Positions 1-9,177 of a stretch of DNA of 32,000 nt are shown here, piece after piece. How positions within the stretch are numbered: position 1 is the stretch's first letter; the number at the start of each line of letters is the position of its first letter. The translations under genes were made by a program, and so were the position numbers. Under the pieces are notes generated by a model. That model was given only the letters and a program-made list of their open reading frames with translations, was not told the origin of the DNA and did no database searches. The stretch is from NCBI GenBank assembly GCA_030429145.1, contig JAUIDC010000001.1, positions 1 through 32,000 on the forward strand, in the 5' to 3' direction. Source of the stretch: Candidatus Saccharimonadota bacterium (GTDB lineage Bacteria > Patescibacteriota > Gracilibacteria > Absconditabacterales > Absconditicoccaceae).

Positions 1-656
1 ACTAGTGAAAATGCCATAGAGAAATTGGTCACATTGATGATATTTGCTATCCTCTCTTGCTGTTGTGCAAAGCCTCCTCTTGTTTGGATACTCTCCGCAT
101 TACGGATCACTCCCGTATAGTTGTCTACGATACCTCATAGTATCTCATACTCTTCATTGTTATCAAATGTCACATACATGGTCGCAGGCAGTGGATTCGC
201 AATACCGTACTTATCAAAGTTCTGGATGACTCCCGGAATTCTTTCCTGTAAAAGTGTCAATGCATCATCTTTCGAATAGTATTCAACCTCTAAGCCAGTC
301 TCCTCTAGCTCTGTTTTCAGTGACATTACCTTACCAAAGATCTCACTTTCTGTCATCTCGTTATCATTTTGTCCTGGCTCAACGATATAGAAGTAGAAAC
401 CAAGTCTCTGAGTAATATCGCCTGAGACCTGCTGAGTTACATAGGCGGTGGTCAAAAAGAGGTGAAGAAAGAACAGCAAGAACGCTATCACCGCACTGAT
501 ACCAAGAAACTGTAACCAGCTATGTCTCCATAGATAGTGTGTTGCTTTTGTCACAAGGTTTGGCTTGCGTGTTTTCTTATTGCTGAAACGAGTAAACTTC
601 ACTTGCTTACCAGCTTTCATCAATCCAAGATGTATCGAACGTAATGGGTTTTTCAT
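1..656 (-). CDS. ftsX: Cell-division ABC transporter permease FtsX (N-terminal part; 3' end runs off the window start)
   Basis: ORF 135..656 has a basic N-terminus, a TM helix (LQFLGISAVIAFLLFFLHLFL) and an FtsX-type extracytoplasmic domain (VEYYSKDDALTLLQERIPGV...YGIANPLPATMYVTF). Its apparent stop at 135-137 is TGA. The same frame stays open to position 1 (EYEIL-G-GIVDNYTGVIRNAESIQ...). Confidence 0.8.
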
Positions 657-663
657 CTATCTA

Positions 664-1275
664 CTATGCGTTTTTCTGAATAAACTTATCGAACAAATCG
701 ACTTTTTGGTCATAAAAACCAATCTCCTTATCAAATGTTTGTAACTTTTCATGGTTTTTCTGATAGTACTGGATCATGCGCTTTGCACGTCTATAATCAA
801 ACTCCAACAAATAAATTTCTATCAAATTATAAATTACCTCTGCATCCTTATTATTCAAACTCCATGCTTCTTCAAGGAACTGTACTCCTTTTTCTCTATT
901 ACCATACCAGTACTCACACAGCCCATAACAACGAAGAATCTCATGATTTTCGAACTTTGTGAGCTTGATAGCCTCCTGAAAGTACTTTTTTGCATCAAAG
1001 AAGTTATTTTTTTCCATCTCGAGGACTCCTTTTATATAGAGAGCCATCGGATCATCTTTTTTCTGCTGTAAGAGGAAATCTACCGGTTTCCCTGCTTTAT
1101 CGAGTTCTCCACGTCTATACTCGATATCTACCACTTGCATGAGTGCCTGTTCATTGCTAGGATTTTTCATCAGCTCATGGTTGATAAGCTTCAAAGCCTC
1201 ATCAAACTTTCCTTGTTTTTTCAGGTTTTCTACTTTTTCTATCACCATATCGGGGATATAGCTACTGTTACTCAT
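664..1275 (-). CDS. TPR-repeat protein (203 aa)
   Basis: Intact ORF ending in TAG. It has repeated 34-aa-like helical units (KFDEALKLINHELMKNPSNEQAL..., YFQEAIKL..., AEVIYNLIEIYLLEFDYRRAKRMIQYYQK). It ends 7 nt upstream of the ftsX start on the same strand. Confidence 0.7.
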   Translation of the reverse strand: MSNSSYIPDMVIEKVENLKKQGKFDEALKLINHELMKNPSNEQALMQVVDIEYRRGELDKAGKPVDFLLQQKKDDPMALYIKGVLEMEKNNFFDAKKYFQEAIKLTKFENHEILRCYGLCEYWYGNREKGVQFLEEAWSLNNKDAEVIYNLIEIYLLEFDYRRAKRMIQYYQKNHEKLQTFDKEIGFYDQKVDLFDKFIQKNA

Positions 1276-1431
1276 GCTTTTTTGTTTGTAAGGTAAATTG
1301 CTTTCGTATCTGCTATATTACCTCTTATAGTAATGACTCCCCCGCCAAAAGACAAATATTCCCCTCTTACGAGATGATATTCTCCTTTGCTTTTTCAAAA
1401 AAGTATGTGTGTAATGGTTATTTATCGTTTT

Positions 1432-1461
1432 AAAAAAGCCCGCCGTTTCCGGTGGGCTTTT
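1432..1461 (-). terminator. Rho-independent terminator downstream of rplA
   Basis: A 9-bp GC-rich stem (1437-1445 / 1450-1458, one G-U pair) with loop TTTC. On the minus strand it is followed by a T-run (plus-strand A-run 1432-1437). Confidence 0.7.
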
Positions 1462-1491
1462 CTTATATTAGAGATAGTACTATGAACGCTC

Positions 1492-2172
1492 TTAGCAGTC
1501 AACCTGTGCACCAGGACCCATAGTAGGAGAAAGAACAACTTTTTTGATAAGTTTTCCTTTTATTCCTGCTGGTTTATTGTCTTCTAGTGCCTGAAGAAAT
1601 GCTTTCACATTTTCTACAAGCTGCTCCTCAGTAAATGAGAGTTTTCCTACTGGAGAGTGTACATTTCCTGTCTTGTCCATTCTAAATTCGATACGACCTT
1701 TTTTCACCTCAGCGATAGTACCAGTAAGATCTTGTGTTACTGTACCAGCTTTAGGCGAAGGCATGAGTCCCTTAGGACCAAGAGCCTTAGCAACCTTTGC
1801 AAGGTCTTTAATCATATCTGGTGTAGTCAGAAGGATATCAAAATCCATCTTCCCTTTTTCAATATCAGCAATAAGTGTTGTATTGCCTGCGATATCTGCA
1901 CCTGCATCCTTTGCCTCAGCAACTTTGTCATCTGAAACGAATACTGCAATCTTCACCTCTTTACCAACACCATGAGGAAGTGTTGTTACTCCTCTGATCT
2001 GCTGGTCGTTGTACTTAGGATCTGCAAATGTTTTCACTGCAATGTTCATCATACCTGTGAACTTTGAATAAGATCCTTTTTTTGCAAGAGCTACTGCCTC
2101 CTCTACAGAGTATTTCTGTTCAGGATTGATGAGCTCTCTTGAAGCTTTATACTTCTTTCCGCGTTGTGCCAT
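1492..2172 (-). CDS. rplA: 50S ribosomal protein L1
   Basis: 226-aa ORF MAQRGKKYKASRELINPEQKYSVEEAVALAKK...GVTTLPHGVGKEVKIAVF...LGPKGLMPSPKAGTVT, a typical L1. TAA stop, no in-frame TGA. Confidence 0.95.
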   Translation of the reverse strand: MAQRGKKYKASRELINPEQKYSVEEAVALAKKGSYSKFTGMMNIAVKTFADPKYNDQQIRGVTTLPHGVGKEVKIAVFVSDDKVAEAKDAGADIAGNTTLIADIEKGKMDFDILLTTPDMIKDLAKVAKALGPKGLMPSPKAGTVTQDLTGTIAEVKKGRIEFRMDKTGNVHSPVGKLSFTEEQLVENVKAFLQALEDNKPAGIKGKLIKKVVLSPTMGPGAQVDC

Positions 2173-2292
2173 AATAGTGCATCATATAAACAACTAAAAG
2201 TGGTGTTAACGATACTGTCTGCTAGAGACACGATCTCCCACAGGTAGCCATCTTTTCTCCGCAGTAGAAAGGACTAACCTATATAACTGTCT
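2173..2292 (-). promoter_or_regulatory. Long rplK-rplA spacer with a GGGAG-containing hairpin (possible L1 autoregulatory site)
   Basis: A 120-nt untranslated gap lies between the L11 stop and the L1 start. The minus strand reads ...CCTGTGGGAGATCGTGTCTCTAGCAGACAGTA..., with an outer CTGT/ACAG stem and an inner GAGA/TCTC stem. The functional assignment is inference only. Confidence 0.2.
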
Positions 2293-2739
2293 TTATTTTA
2301 TTTCAATACCCATGTTCTTTGCTGTACCCGCGATTACTTTCACGAGTGAGTCCATATTGTTGGTATTCATCACTGGTTTCTTTATCTCAGCGATCTCTTC
2401 AAGGTCTTTTCTTGTCAAAGTACCAATTTTTGCCTTATTTGGTTCAGCAGAACCTTTTTTCTGCTTCAATTTCCAAAGAAGAAGATTTGATGTGAGTGGA
2501 GGAAGGATTTCCATATCGTATGTTCTATCTGCATAGACAGAGATAACAGCTGGAACCTTTACATCTGCACCTCCAAACTGAGATGCGATCTCTCTTGTTT
2601 TGTCGTTAAATTCCTTGATGAATGTACCGATGTTCACACCATTTTGACCGAGGATCGGACCAACTGGAGGTGCAGGCATAGCCTTTCCCGCCACGATGTG
2701 AAGCGTGAACTTCTTTTGCAATTTCTTTGCTGGAGCCAT
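2293..2739 (-). CDS. rplK: 50S ribosomal protein L11
   Basis: MAPAKKLQKKFTLHIVAGKAMPAPPVGPILGQNGVNIGTFIKEFNDKT..., a canonical L11. I chose the start at the internal ATG (2737-2739) rather than the ORF-track start at 2760. Confidence 0.93.
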   Translation of the reverse strand: MAPAKKLQKKFTLHIVAGKAMPAPPVGPILGQNGVNIGTFIKEFNDKTREIASQFGGADVKVPAVISVYADRTYDMEILPPLTSNLLLWKLKQKKGSAEPNKAKIGTLTRKDLEEIAEIKKPVMNTNNMDSLVKVIAGTAKNMGIEIK

Positions 2740-2836
2740 TTCACAAATTATATAATACAAGTAAAACGATACGCTAACTAAATCAAAGATTCATAAAGTT
2801 TATAAAATCGAAAAACTTATGAATTGTTTAGTAGCC

Positions 2837-3553
2837 TTATTTACCAGTAAAAAGCTTTCTTATATGTCTTTTATGTGCTCTATACTGACTGGCATCGTCT
2901 TGAATCATCCGAAGGTCATTGCCCATTTGGATGAAGACGTTCACCTTAACGTTTTCGTACTGCGGTAACTCAACGAAGGTCACTCTATCGCCAAAATAGA
3001 GGTTGTTGATTATATCTTTTTCCGCATAGACTTCAATAGTTTTTCATCCAAACTCCCTCGCAATCTCACGAAGATTATAAGTCTTATCACGACCAATATA
3101 GACATAATAGATATTGTACTCATTGTCCTTCAATATATACTCATAGTTGATACCAAGAGTTCTCAACACATCTATGCTTCCATCAAAAAGCGTCGTTCCT
3201 GAAAGCATACGGATCTCACCATCGAGATAGCCAACATCATCACCAAAGAGCTCGCTGAGACCTGAAAACACGACAGTATTTCCTGTAGCATCATCTCTCG
3301 GAGTCTCGTCATCTTCTGTATCTACTAGTCCTGTTACTGTTGCCAGTTCATTATCACTTCTCTCTTTTTGCTCATCATCTCCTCTATCTTCACTTTTCTC
3401 AGTAGCGGCAAGCTGCAAAACGCGAGAGGCCTGTGCGTAGAGATCTTTACCTTGGATATTAAAAAAAACAGCATACACCAAAACAATGCCGACAAGAAGT
3501 ACAAACACTGTGATGCGTACAAGCTGTTTATCTTTATGCATACACTCTATCAA
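2837..3553 (-). CDS. Hypothetical membrane-anchored protein (about 238 aa)
   Basis: ORF 3044..3553 ends in TGA (3044-3046). The frame continues (...REFG-G-KTIEVYAEKDIINNLYFGDRVTF...) to TAA at 2837-2839. It has an N-terminal TM helix (ITVFVLLVGIVLVYAVFF) followed by an acidic linker. I recognised no family. Confidence 0.6.
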
Positions 3554-3561
3554 ATAATGAA

Positions 3562-4146
3562 TTAACTCATTGGACTTACCTTATCGAAAGCAACGGCAAT
3601 AGGCGTCAATCTTCCGAGAATTTCTACATTAACAACAATCATACCCTTCTCAGCATCAACTTCTTTCACATTTCCTTTCATACCTGCAAAATCTCCTTCT
3701 TTCAATACAACGACGTCACCTTTCTGGAATGGCACAAATATCTCAGCTTTCTCATTGCTCTTTTCTATCTGAGCCATGATGTTTTGATACTCATTATCAG
3801 TCAATGGAATTGGGCGAGTCTCAGCACCAACGATAAGTTTTACACCTGGTGTATTTCTGATCACATACCAGAGTTTATCGTTCATTCTCGTCTTGATGAA
3901 AATGTAGCCAGGATAGATTTTCTTTGGCTTAATGACTTTCTTTCCTTTACTTACTGTTGCTTCATTTACCATAGGAACGAGAAAGTCCACGATATCCTCT
4001 CCGAGTCCTTGTTTCTTGATACGTTCTTGCAAATTTTGCACAACAAGCATCTCCTGTCCTGAAACAACACTCAGCGAGTACCATCTATGTGTATTGTCCT
4101 CTATCTGTTTTTTAAGTTCATTCGGATTTGTTTGAACGTTTTCCAT
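3562..4146 (-). CDS. nusG: Transcription termination/antitermination factor NusG
   Basis: 194 aa. NGN domain (WYSLSVVSGQE...YPGYIFIK) and KOW motif (FQKGDVVVLKEGDFAGMKGNVKEV). The start overlaps the secE stop as TAATG. Confidence 0.93.
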   Translation of the reverse strand: MENVQTNPNELKKQIEDNTHRWYSLSVVSGQEMLVVQNLQERIKKQGLGEDIVDFLVPMVNEATVSKGKKVIKPKKIYPGYIFIKTRMNDKLWYVIRNTPGVKLIVGAETRPIPLTDNEYQNIMAQIEKSNEKAEIFVPFQKGDVVVLKEGDFAGMKGNVKEVDAEKGMIVVNVEILGRLTPIAVAFDKVSPMS

Positions 4147-4340
4147 TAGTTAGTTCCAGTCATAATAGAGTAAAAGATCTGATAACCATTTGAGAAAAGA
4201 GTATCCAAAAGGATAAAGTACAATCCTCCAAGGATGACAGCTGCAAAAATAGCAATAGTTAAGTTAATATAATCTTTTCTTGTCGGACGCTTCAATTTCT
4301 TTACCGTCTCAAGACTATCATAAAAAAATCTCATTACCAT
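4146..4340 (-). CDS. secE: Preprotein translocase subunit SecE
   Basis: 64 aa with a single C-terminal TM helix (INLTIAIFAAVILGGLYFILLD) after a basic KKLKRPTRKD segment. It sits in the conserved position upstream of nusG. Confidence 0.85.
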   Translation of the reverse strand: MVMRFFYDSLETVKKLKRPTRKDYINLTIAIFAAVILGGLYFILLDTLFSNGYQIFYSIMTGTN

Positions 4341-4437
4341 GTGTACAACAAATTACTTCAACAGATAAAAGCGCGTTCGGCAAAATGCCGAATATGTCCA
4401 CTTACTATACGAATAGTTGTCTTGTTTGCAACTGAAA

Positions 4438-5202
4438 TTACTGAGCAAGCACACCTATCTCGAAAGTCATAAGCTGATTTTCTGGTTTTTCTTTTCCTCC
4501 ATGCTGAGCACTAAAGGTTTCTGTCGCGTCTGTGCCGCAAATTGCGATGATTTTGTCTGAACCTCCAGGGTGTTGAGATACCCACGAGGTAAGATTGTAG
4601 ACCTTTCCATTGATCGTTGCCCAACAATCATCAGCTGACGCATGTGCTGCCACTTCACTCATCGCATAGCTACTTGCTGAGTTCTCAGCAGACATTTGAT
4701 CCTTACTATCACTATCCTGCATCATCTGACAACTTCCAGCAGCGTAGTCCCACTGCCCTCCTTCTTCTACACAATCAGCAAGCTTTTGTTCACTTGTCTG
4801 AGGCTGTCTTTCACAGCTGTTTTCTTGTTCATCCCATTGCGCTTCCATAGCTAAGCATTGCTCCTTAGTAAACTCACACGAAGAGGTCTGCTCGTTCCAC
4901 TGATAGTCCTCAGCTATACAAGTAGCCTTTGAAAATTCACACAGTTCATCCTTTTCATTCCACTGATTTCCTGCATAGAGACATACTGTTTTCTCTGTTG
5001 GCTTTTCACATCTTACCTCTGAATCATTCCACTGATAGTTTGGCTGAGACAAACACTCTTGTTTCGCCTCGTCTGGATTTGACGACTGCATCTCTACGAC
5101 AACAATTTCATCTTCTCCATTGGTATCACCACCAAACCAGTTACAACCTGCCAACACAATACCTGATAATCCAATAATTCCTCGTGTAATTACTCTTTTC
5201 AT
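4438..5202 (-). CDS. Lipoprotein with Cys-bounded QWNE repeats and a C-terminal cytochrome b5-like heme-binding domain
   Basis: Lipobox MKRVITRGIIGLSGIVLAG-C. Five to six repeats follow of the form C-x5-6-(Y)QW(N/D)(E)-x4-5-C-E. The C-terminus is DDCWATINGKVYNLTSWVSQHPGGSDKIIAICGTDATETFSAQHGG, a cyt-b5 type HPGG motif. An alternative start lies at 5214. Confidence 0.7.
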   Translation of the reverse strand: MKRVITRGIIGLSGIVLAGCNWFGGDTNGEDEIVVVEMQSSNPDEAKQECLSQPNYQWNDSEVRCEKPTEKTVCLYAGNQWNEKDELCEFSKATCIAEDYQWNEQTSSCEFTKEQCLAMEAQWDEQENSCERQPQTSEQKLADCVEEGGQWDYAAGSCQMMQDSDSKDQMSAENSASSYAMSEVAAHASADDCWATINGKVYNLTSWVSQHPGGSDKIIAICGTDATETFSAQHGGKEKPENQLMTFEIGVLAQ

Positions 5203-5271
5203 GTGAAAATACATAAAAAATAAAATGCTTTACAACTAGTAATATTCATTATTTCCTTTCTTTCAAGGTAT

Positions 5272-5298
5272 AAAAAAATGCAGGCATATACCTGCATT
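5272..5298 (-). terminator. Rho-independent terminator after the 5321..5545 gene
   Basis: 8-bp stem AATGCAGG / CCTGCATT (5277-5284 / 5291-5298). On the minus strand it is followed by a T-run (plus-strand A-run 5272-5278). Confidence 0.65.
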
Positions 5299-5320
5299 AT
5301 CTCAAATAAGTGTTTTTTCG

Positions 5321-5545
5321 TTATTTTGCTTTTCCCCATTTGCGCTCTTCTCTGTAACAGAAATAACCACAGAGTGCAATCAGAGCCACTACCCCCAGCT
5401 TGGGAAGCCAAAATGAGCCAGTAGTGTAACTAAGACTATCTACCCACGAGATAATAGGTCCCACGATGAAGATAGCGATGAGCAACAGGACAATTCCACG
5501 AATTGCATATTGTTGTTGCAATGAAGATGTTGCGTTATTTTCCAT
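5321..5545 (-). CDS. Small two-TM membrane protein (74 aa)
   Basis: MENNATSSLQQQYAIRGIVLLLIAIFIVGPIISW...LGVVALIALCGYFCY. A clear AGGAGG lies about 8 nt upstream of this ATG, so I preferred it to the ORF-track start at 5578. Confidence 0.6.
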   Translation of the reverse strand: MENNATSSLQQQYAIRGIVLLLIAIFIVGPIISWVDSLSYTTGSFWLPKLGVVALIALCGYFCYREERKWGKAK

Positions 5546-5616
5546 AATGCTTTCCTCCTTTAGTTTTGGTTTATGCAAGAAATTATATAGGTGAATTTGT
5601 ATAAAGCAAGCGTTTT

Positions 5617-6201
5617 TTACTCGATAATAATCTCCTTTCGGTGTGTGATTTTATGAATATTTGGATGATTTTCCTCTCTCAGTCTATTCCACGGTCTCTC
5701 AAGAACGAAAGACGAGATGCCATGTTCTGCCACTTCTAGCGCATAGCTCAGATTGTCCTCTATGAGATAACTTGCAGAGATGTTTTTACAAAGCTCTGAC
5801 TTAGGGATATGATTTTCTGTATAGTGATGTGCAAAAATGACATCAGAAAATATTTTCGGATAGTGTTTTTCTAGTTGCTGATGAGTAAGATCACGAACTT
5901 TCTCATTTCTTGCTGTCACGACGATTAGTTCATGTCATGCTTTTTTCAGCAATGTAAGCTGTTCTTTTGCTCCTTCAACTGGACTTGCATGTTCTGCTAT
6001 AGGTGAATTATAATATTCGGCAAAAAGCTCAATGGACTCCTGCAAAGTCACATTGAGATGTTCATTGTTGCTTAGTTTGTAATCGTGTATCGTCTCATAC
6101 TCCCAATGAGCATACTGCCCATATTTCTCTTTTACTAAATCAATCAGATGAGGAAGAGTGTTTACCAATACCTCATCACAATCTACTGCTATAATTGCCA
6201 T
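5617..6201 (-). CDS. HAD-superfamily 5'(3')-deoxyribonucleotidase-like phosphatase
   Basis: ORFs 5935..6390 and 5617..5919 share one frame, joined by TGA 5935-5937 (LLKKA-G-HELIVVTARNE). The start at ATG 6199-6201 gives MAIIAVDCDEVL, which is HAD motif I (DxDxV). The C-terminal part (LIEDNLSYALEVAEHGISSFVLERPWN) resembles NT5C-type nucleotidases. Confidence 0.65.
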
Positions 6202-6313
6202 ATTTTTTGCTCTCCATAAAATCAAAAATTGAGTATATAGAGATAGGATAAAAATGAAAGTATAAAAAAAATCCCGCCTATAATAAGCGGAATTTCGTAG
6301 ATGATTACAATGT

Positions 6314-6883
6314 CTATTGATCATGTTTTCTGCGATACCTGTAGAAGGTAATCGGATACTTATCTTCTCCACCTGCATCATGAGATACATACCAGAATTT
6401 CTCCCAGTCAGAAAGATCTAAGTCCTCATATAGGACATCTCCCTCCATATTAGGTTCATGAATTCTTGTGAGATAAACCCCATCCGCATGAGGTATCATT
6501 TGGCGGTAGATATCTACTCCACCGGCAATAAATATTTGTTCTACAGGCTTTTCATTGTGAAGCCCTGTTTCTGCTATCTGCAGAATGACATCAATATCTC
6601 TCACAACTGAAACGTTTTCAGGAGGTGGAAATTCCTCATCTCTTGTCAGTATGATATTGTGACGATCAGGGAGTGGGCGATATTTCAAGGGAATTGTCTC
6701 CCATGTTTTTCTGCCCATCACAACAACATTGTTTCCATTTCCTGTTGTAGCTGCTGTGAAATAGTTCATATCCGTTGGAAGTTGTCTTTGCCACGGCAAA
6801 GGACGCTTAGGATCAGTGCTTCCAACAACATGATTGTCTGCGATTGCTAAGATAGCAATAATTGGTGCTTTTCTTTTTTTCAT
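6314..6883 (-). CDS. folA: Dihydrofolate reductase
   Basis: 189 aa: IIAILAIADNHVVG...LPWQRQLPTDMNYFTAATTG...VVMGRKTWETIPLKYRPLPDRHNIILTR...IFIAGGVDIYRQ. These are canonical DHFR motifs. TAG stop. Confidence 0.9.
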   Translation of the reverse strand: MKKRKAPIIAILAIADNHVVGSTDPKRPLPWQRQLPTDMNYFTAATTGNGNNVVVMGRKTWETIPLKYRPLPDRHNIILTRDEEFPPPENVSVVRDIDVILQIAETGLHNEKPVEQIFIAGGVDIYRQMIPHADGVYLTRIHEPNMEGDVLYEDLDLSDWEKFWYVSHDAGGEDKYPITFYRYRRKHDQ

Positions 6884-7006
6884 TGTGGTATTTTTTGTTA
6901 TTATAGATTATGTTAATGACGATGTTTCTGTAGCCAAAATTGGCTTCCCTGAAGTGTAAACATGTATATGAAAATAGCAACAGATTGTTGACAGTTGCAA
7001 GAAAGT

Positions 7007-8731
7007 CTATTTACCTAATATCGTCTTACGCATCTTGTCTAGCAACTCATTTTTCTGATCTGAGGGAATACGTGAAAGTTTCATGAGACGTTGCATAGCT
7101 GATTTGATATATCTTTGTCAGAGAGCTTGGACCTCTCTTTCTTTTTTATCGTCTGCATGGGCTTCTCGCTGCCTCTCCCAGTAGAGCTGCGCTTCGAGGA
7201 TAGGCTCTTTTTGTTCCGGAGAGATGGTTCACTGGATAATAGGTGCTATCGTATCATCCTCAACAGCGACAGCGAGCTCTTTGATAAGTGTTATAAGTTC
7301 TTTTGATCTTGCGCTATTGATGTTCATCTTCTCGAGAAAGTCATCATAGAAAAAACTAGCAAAGAGAAGCTCGTCTGCTTGCTTGACTGGTTTTTCTTCT
7401 TTATTTTTTTCTATCGTTCTCGTAATGAGTGACTGCGACTTACTGAAAGTCTTGTATTGCTGCAGTAAAATGTCATGACCGATACTGAGACGAGAAGCCA
7501 TTTTTTCTATATACCATGTAAGCATCGTCAAGTCTTGTACATAGAGCAATATGCCAAAAAGATGTTCTATGATGCGTTTTCTCTCTACTGGACTCTGGTG
7601 ATCGTATTTCTGTATGAGCTGTTTCATGACAAATACTATCCCATCCTCTGCTTTTTCAAAAAACTCTTTTCTTTCCTCTTCTCCCGGGTTTATATTTGCC
7701 CACTCATCGACATCCTTATATTCTGAGGGTAGCGAAAGTATCTTTGGATAGATATCTTGCTCATATGCTATTTTGAGTCAACGGACTGTTGCATCAAATC
7801 CAGCTGGATCATTATCAAAGAGGAAAAACAAGTTTTGCGTGTAACGCTTCATCATTTTCATATGTTGCGGCGTCAGTGATGTACCACATGTTGCCACACC
7901 AATATCAAGATCCAAGCGAGAAAGTCAGATCACATCCATATATCCCTCGACAACGATCAACTTGTCGTGGTCCTTAATGTACTGCTTGGCTATATGGAGT
8001 CCATAGAGCACTTTTGATTTATCGTACAGGATAGAGTCACTACTATTGAGATATTTCGGATTGTCGTTTGGATCGACCGCACGCGCACCAAATCCTATCA
8101 GTGTTCCAAGGTGATCATAAATCGGGAAGGTAATACGATTGCGATAGAAACTGTAGAGATCTCATGATTGTCATTTTTTTCCAAGTGAGATACTCTGGAT
8201 ATCCTGTTCGGTAAATCCTTTTTTCGTTAAGAGCTGCGTCAGCGCATAGTGACTATCCGGTGCGAATCCTAGTCAAAACTTTTCTATCGTTTCGTCATCG
8301 AGATGACGATTTTTATGAAGGTAATCAAGTGCAGACGGTGTTTGTTTCAGTGACTCTTGGAAGAAAGACTGCGCGGTACGAAGCATAAGTTTATATTTTT
8401 CTTTTTCAGCACCTATTGCTTCATGTTTATCTCACTTGTTATATTCGTATTTAGAGATATCGATATTTGCCTGCGGTGCGAGCACTTTGATCGAATCCCA
8501 GAAATCTACTTTTTCGATCTCCATGATAAATGTGATCGCATTACCACCGATACCTGTTGAGAAACACTTGAAAATCTGCTTCTCTGGAGAGACAACAAAA
8601 GAGGGAGTTCTTTCATTGCGAAATGGTGAAAGACCAACAAAATTGCGTCCAACTTTTTTAAGTTGCACGTAACGAGCTACTACGTCCACAATATCAAGAT
8701 TCGAGACTATATCTTCAGCTATACGAGACAT
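7007..8731 (-). CDS. dnaG: DNA primase DnaG (574 aa, at least 8 in-frame UGA-Gly codons)
   Basis: I translated the whole frame by hand and found only TGA interruptions (for example 8432, 8273, 8171, 8162, 7925, 7778, 7229, 7118). Motifs: N-terminal ZBD-like segment SPFRNERTPSFVVSPEKQIFKCFSTGIGGNAITF; RNA-pol core (F-G-LGFAPDS, YSFYRNRITFPIYDHLGTLIGFGARA, KYLNS); TOPRIM (LIVVEGYMDVI, LFFLFDNDPAGFDA). TAG stop at 7007-7009. Confidence 0.93.
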
Positions 8732-8851
8732 GGTGGTGAGTATACTTATTTGTTTTTCAACAGCAATGACAAGTGAACGACCGCTTTTCTATTGACTTTT
8801 GAGAGCAGATCTATATCATGGTAGTCCACTAAAACAAAAAAGTTACAATCT

Positions 8852-9067
8852 ATGTTCGCTCGATTATTTAGAAAAAAGAGAAAGAAGAAAAAGAAAATTG
8901 AACCTCATGAAGAAGTTCAAGTATCGTCTAATTGGCGGTACAACCCCATTGCCCTTCCTGTAATAGTTATCGACAAGGAGCCAGCCAGTCCAGGTGAAAC
9001 CATCAAAGTACTGACAAAAGCCAACACGCGATATCAACAAAAACAAGAAGCACGAAGGCAATCTTAG
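8852..9067 (+). CDS. Hypothetical small basic protein (71 aa)
   Basis: Intact ORF with a poly-Lys N-terminus (FRKKRKKKKKIEP) and a TAG stop, followed by a hairpin at 9097-9118. There is no obvious SD and I recognised no family. Confidence 0.3.
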   Translation: MFARLFRKKRKKKKKIEPHEEVQVSSNWRYNPIALPVIVIDKEPASPGETIKVLTKANTRYQQKQEARRQS

Positions 9068-9096
9068 GCCAGCCCCTAAAAAACTATCTTAAAGAT

Positions 9097-9121
9097 GCCG
9101 CTCTGTATTTGGAGCGGCTTT
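9097..9121. terminator. Hairpin between convergent genes (8852 ORF and miaB)
   Basis: 7-bp stem GCCGCTC / GAGCGGC (9097-9103 / 9112-9118) followed by TTTAAAATT. The T-tract is weak. Confidence 0.45.
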
Positions 9122-9177
9122 AAAATTGTTAAAAAAGTTTGAGTAATAGATACTATCTGAGAAGAAGTTATATCAAC

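Noticed and set aside
4341-4437. A possible tRNA gene upstream of secE (a tRNA often precedes secE-nusG). I also looked for tRNA, rRNA and CRISPR repeats in the other intergenic regions.
   Set aside because: No cloverleaf-compatible sequence is present, only a short TTCGGC/GCCGAA hairpin that may be a weak terminator of the upstream gene. I saw no periodic direct repeats anywhere in the window.
5935-6390. A 151-aa ORF overlapping the 3' end of folA by 77 nt.
   Set aside because: The N-terminal 63 codons are a spurious upstream extension. The HAD motif-I start (MAIIAVDCDEV) at 6201 gives a normal gene with an intergenic hairpin and A-run between it and folA.
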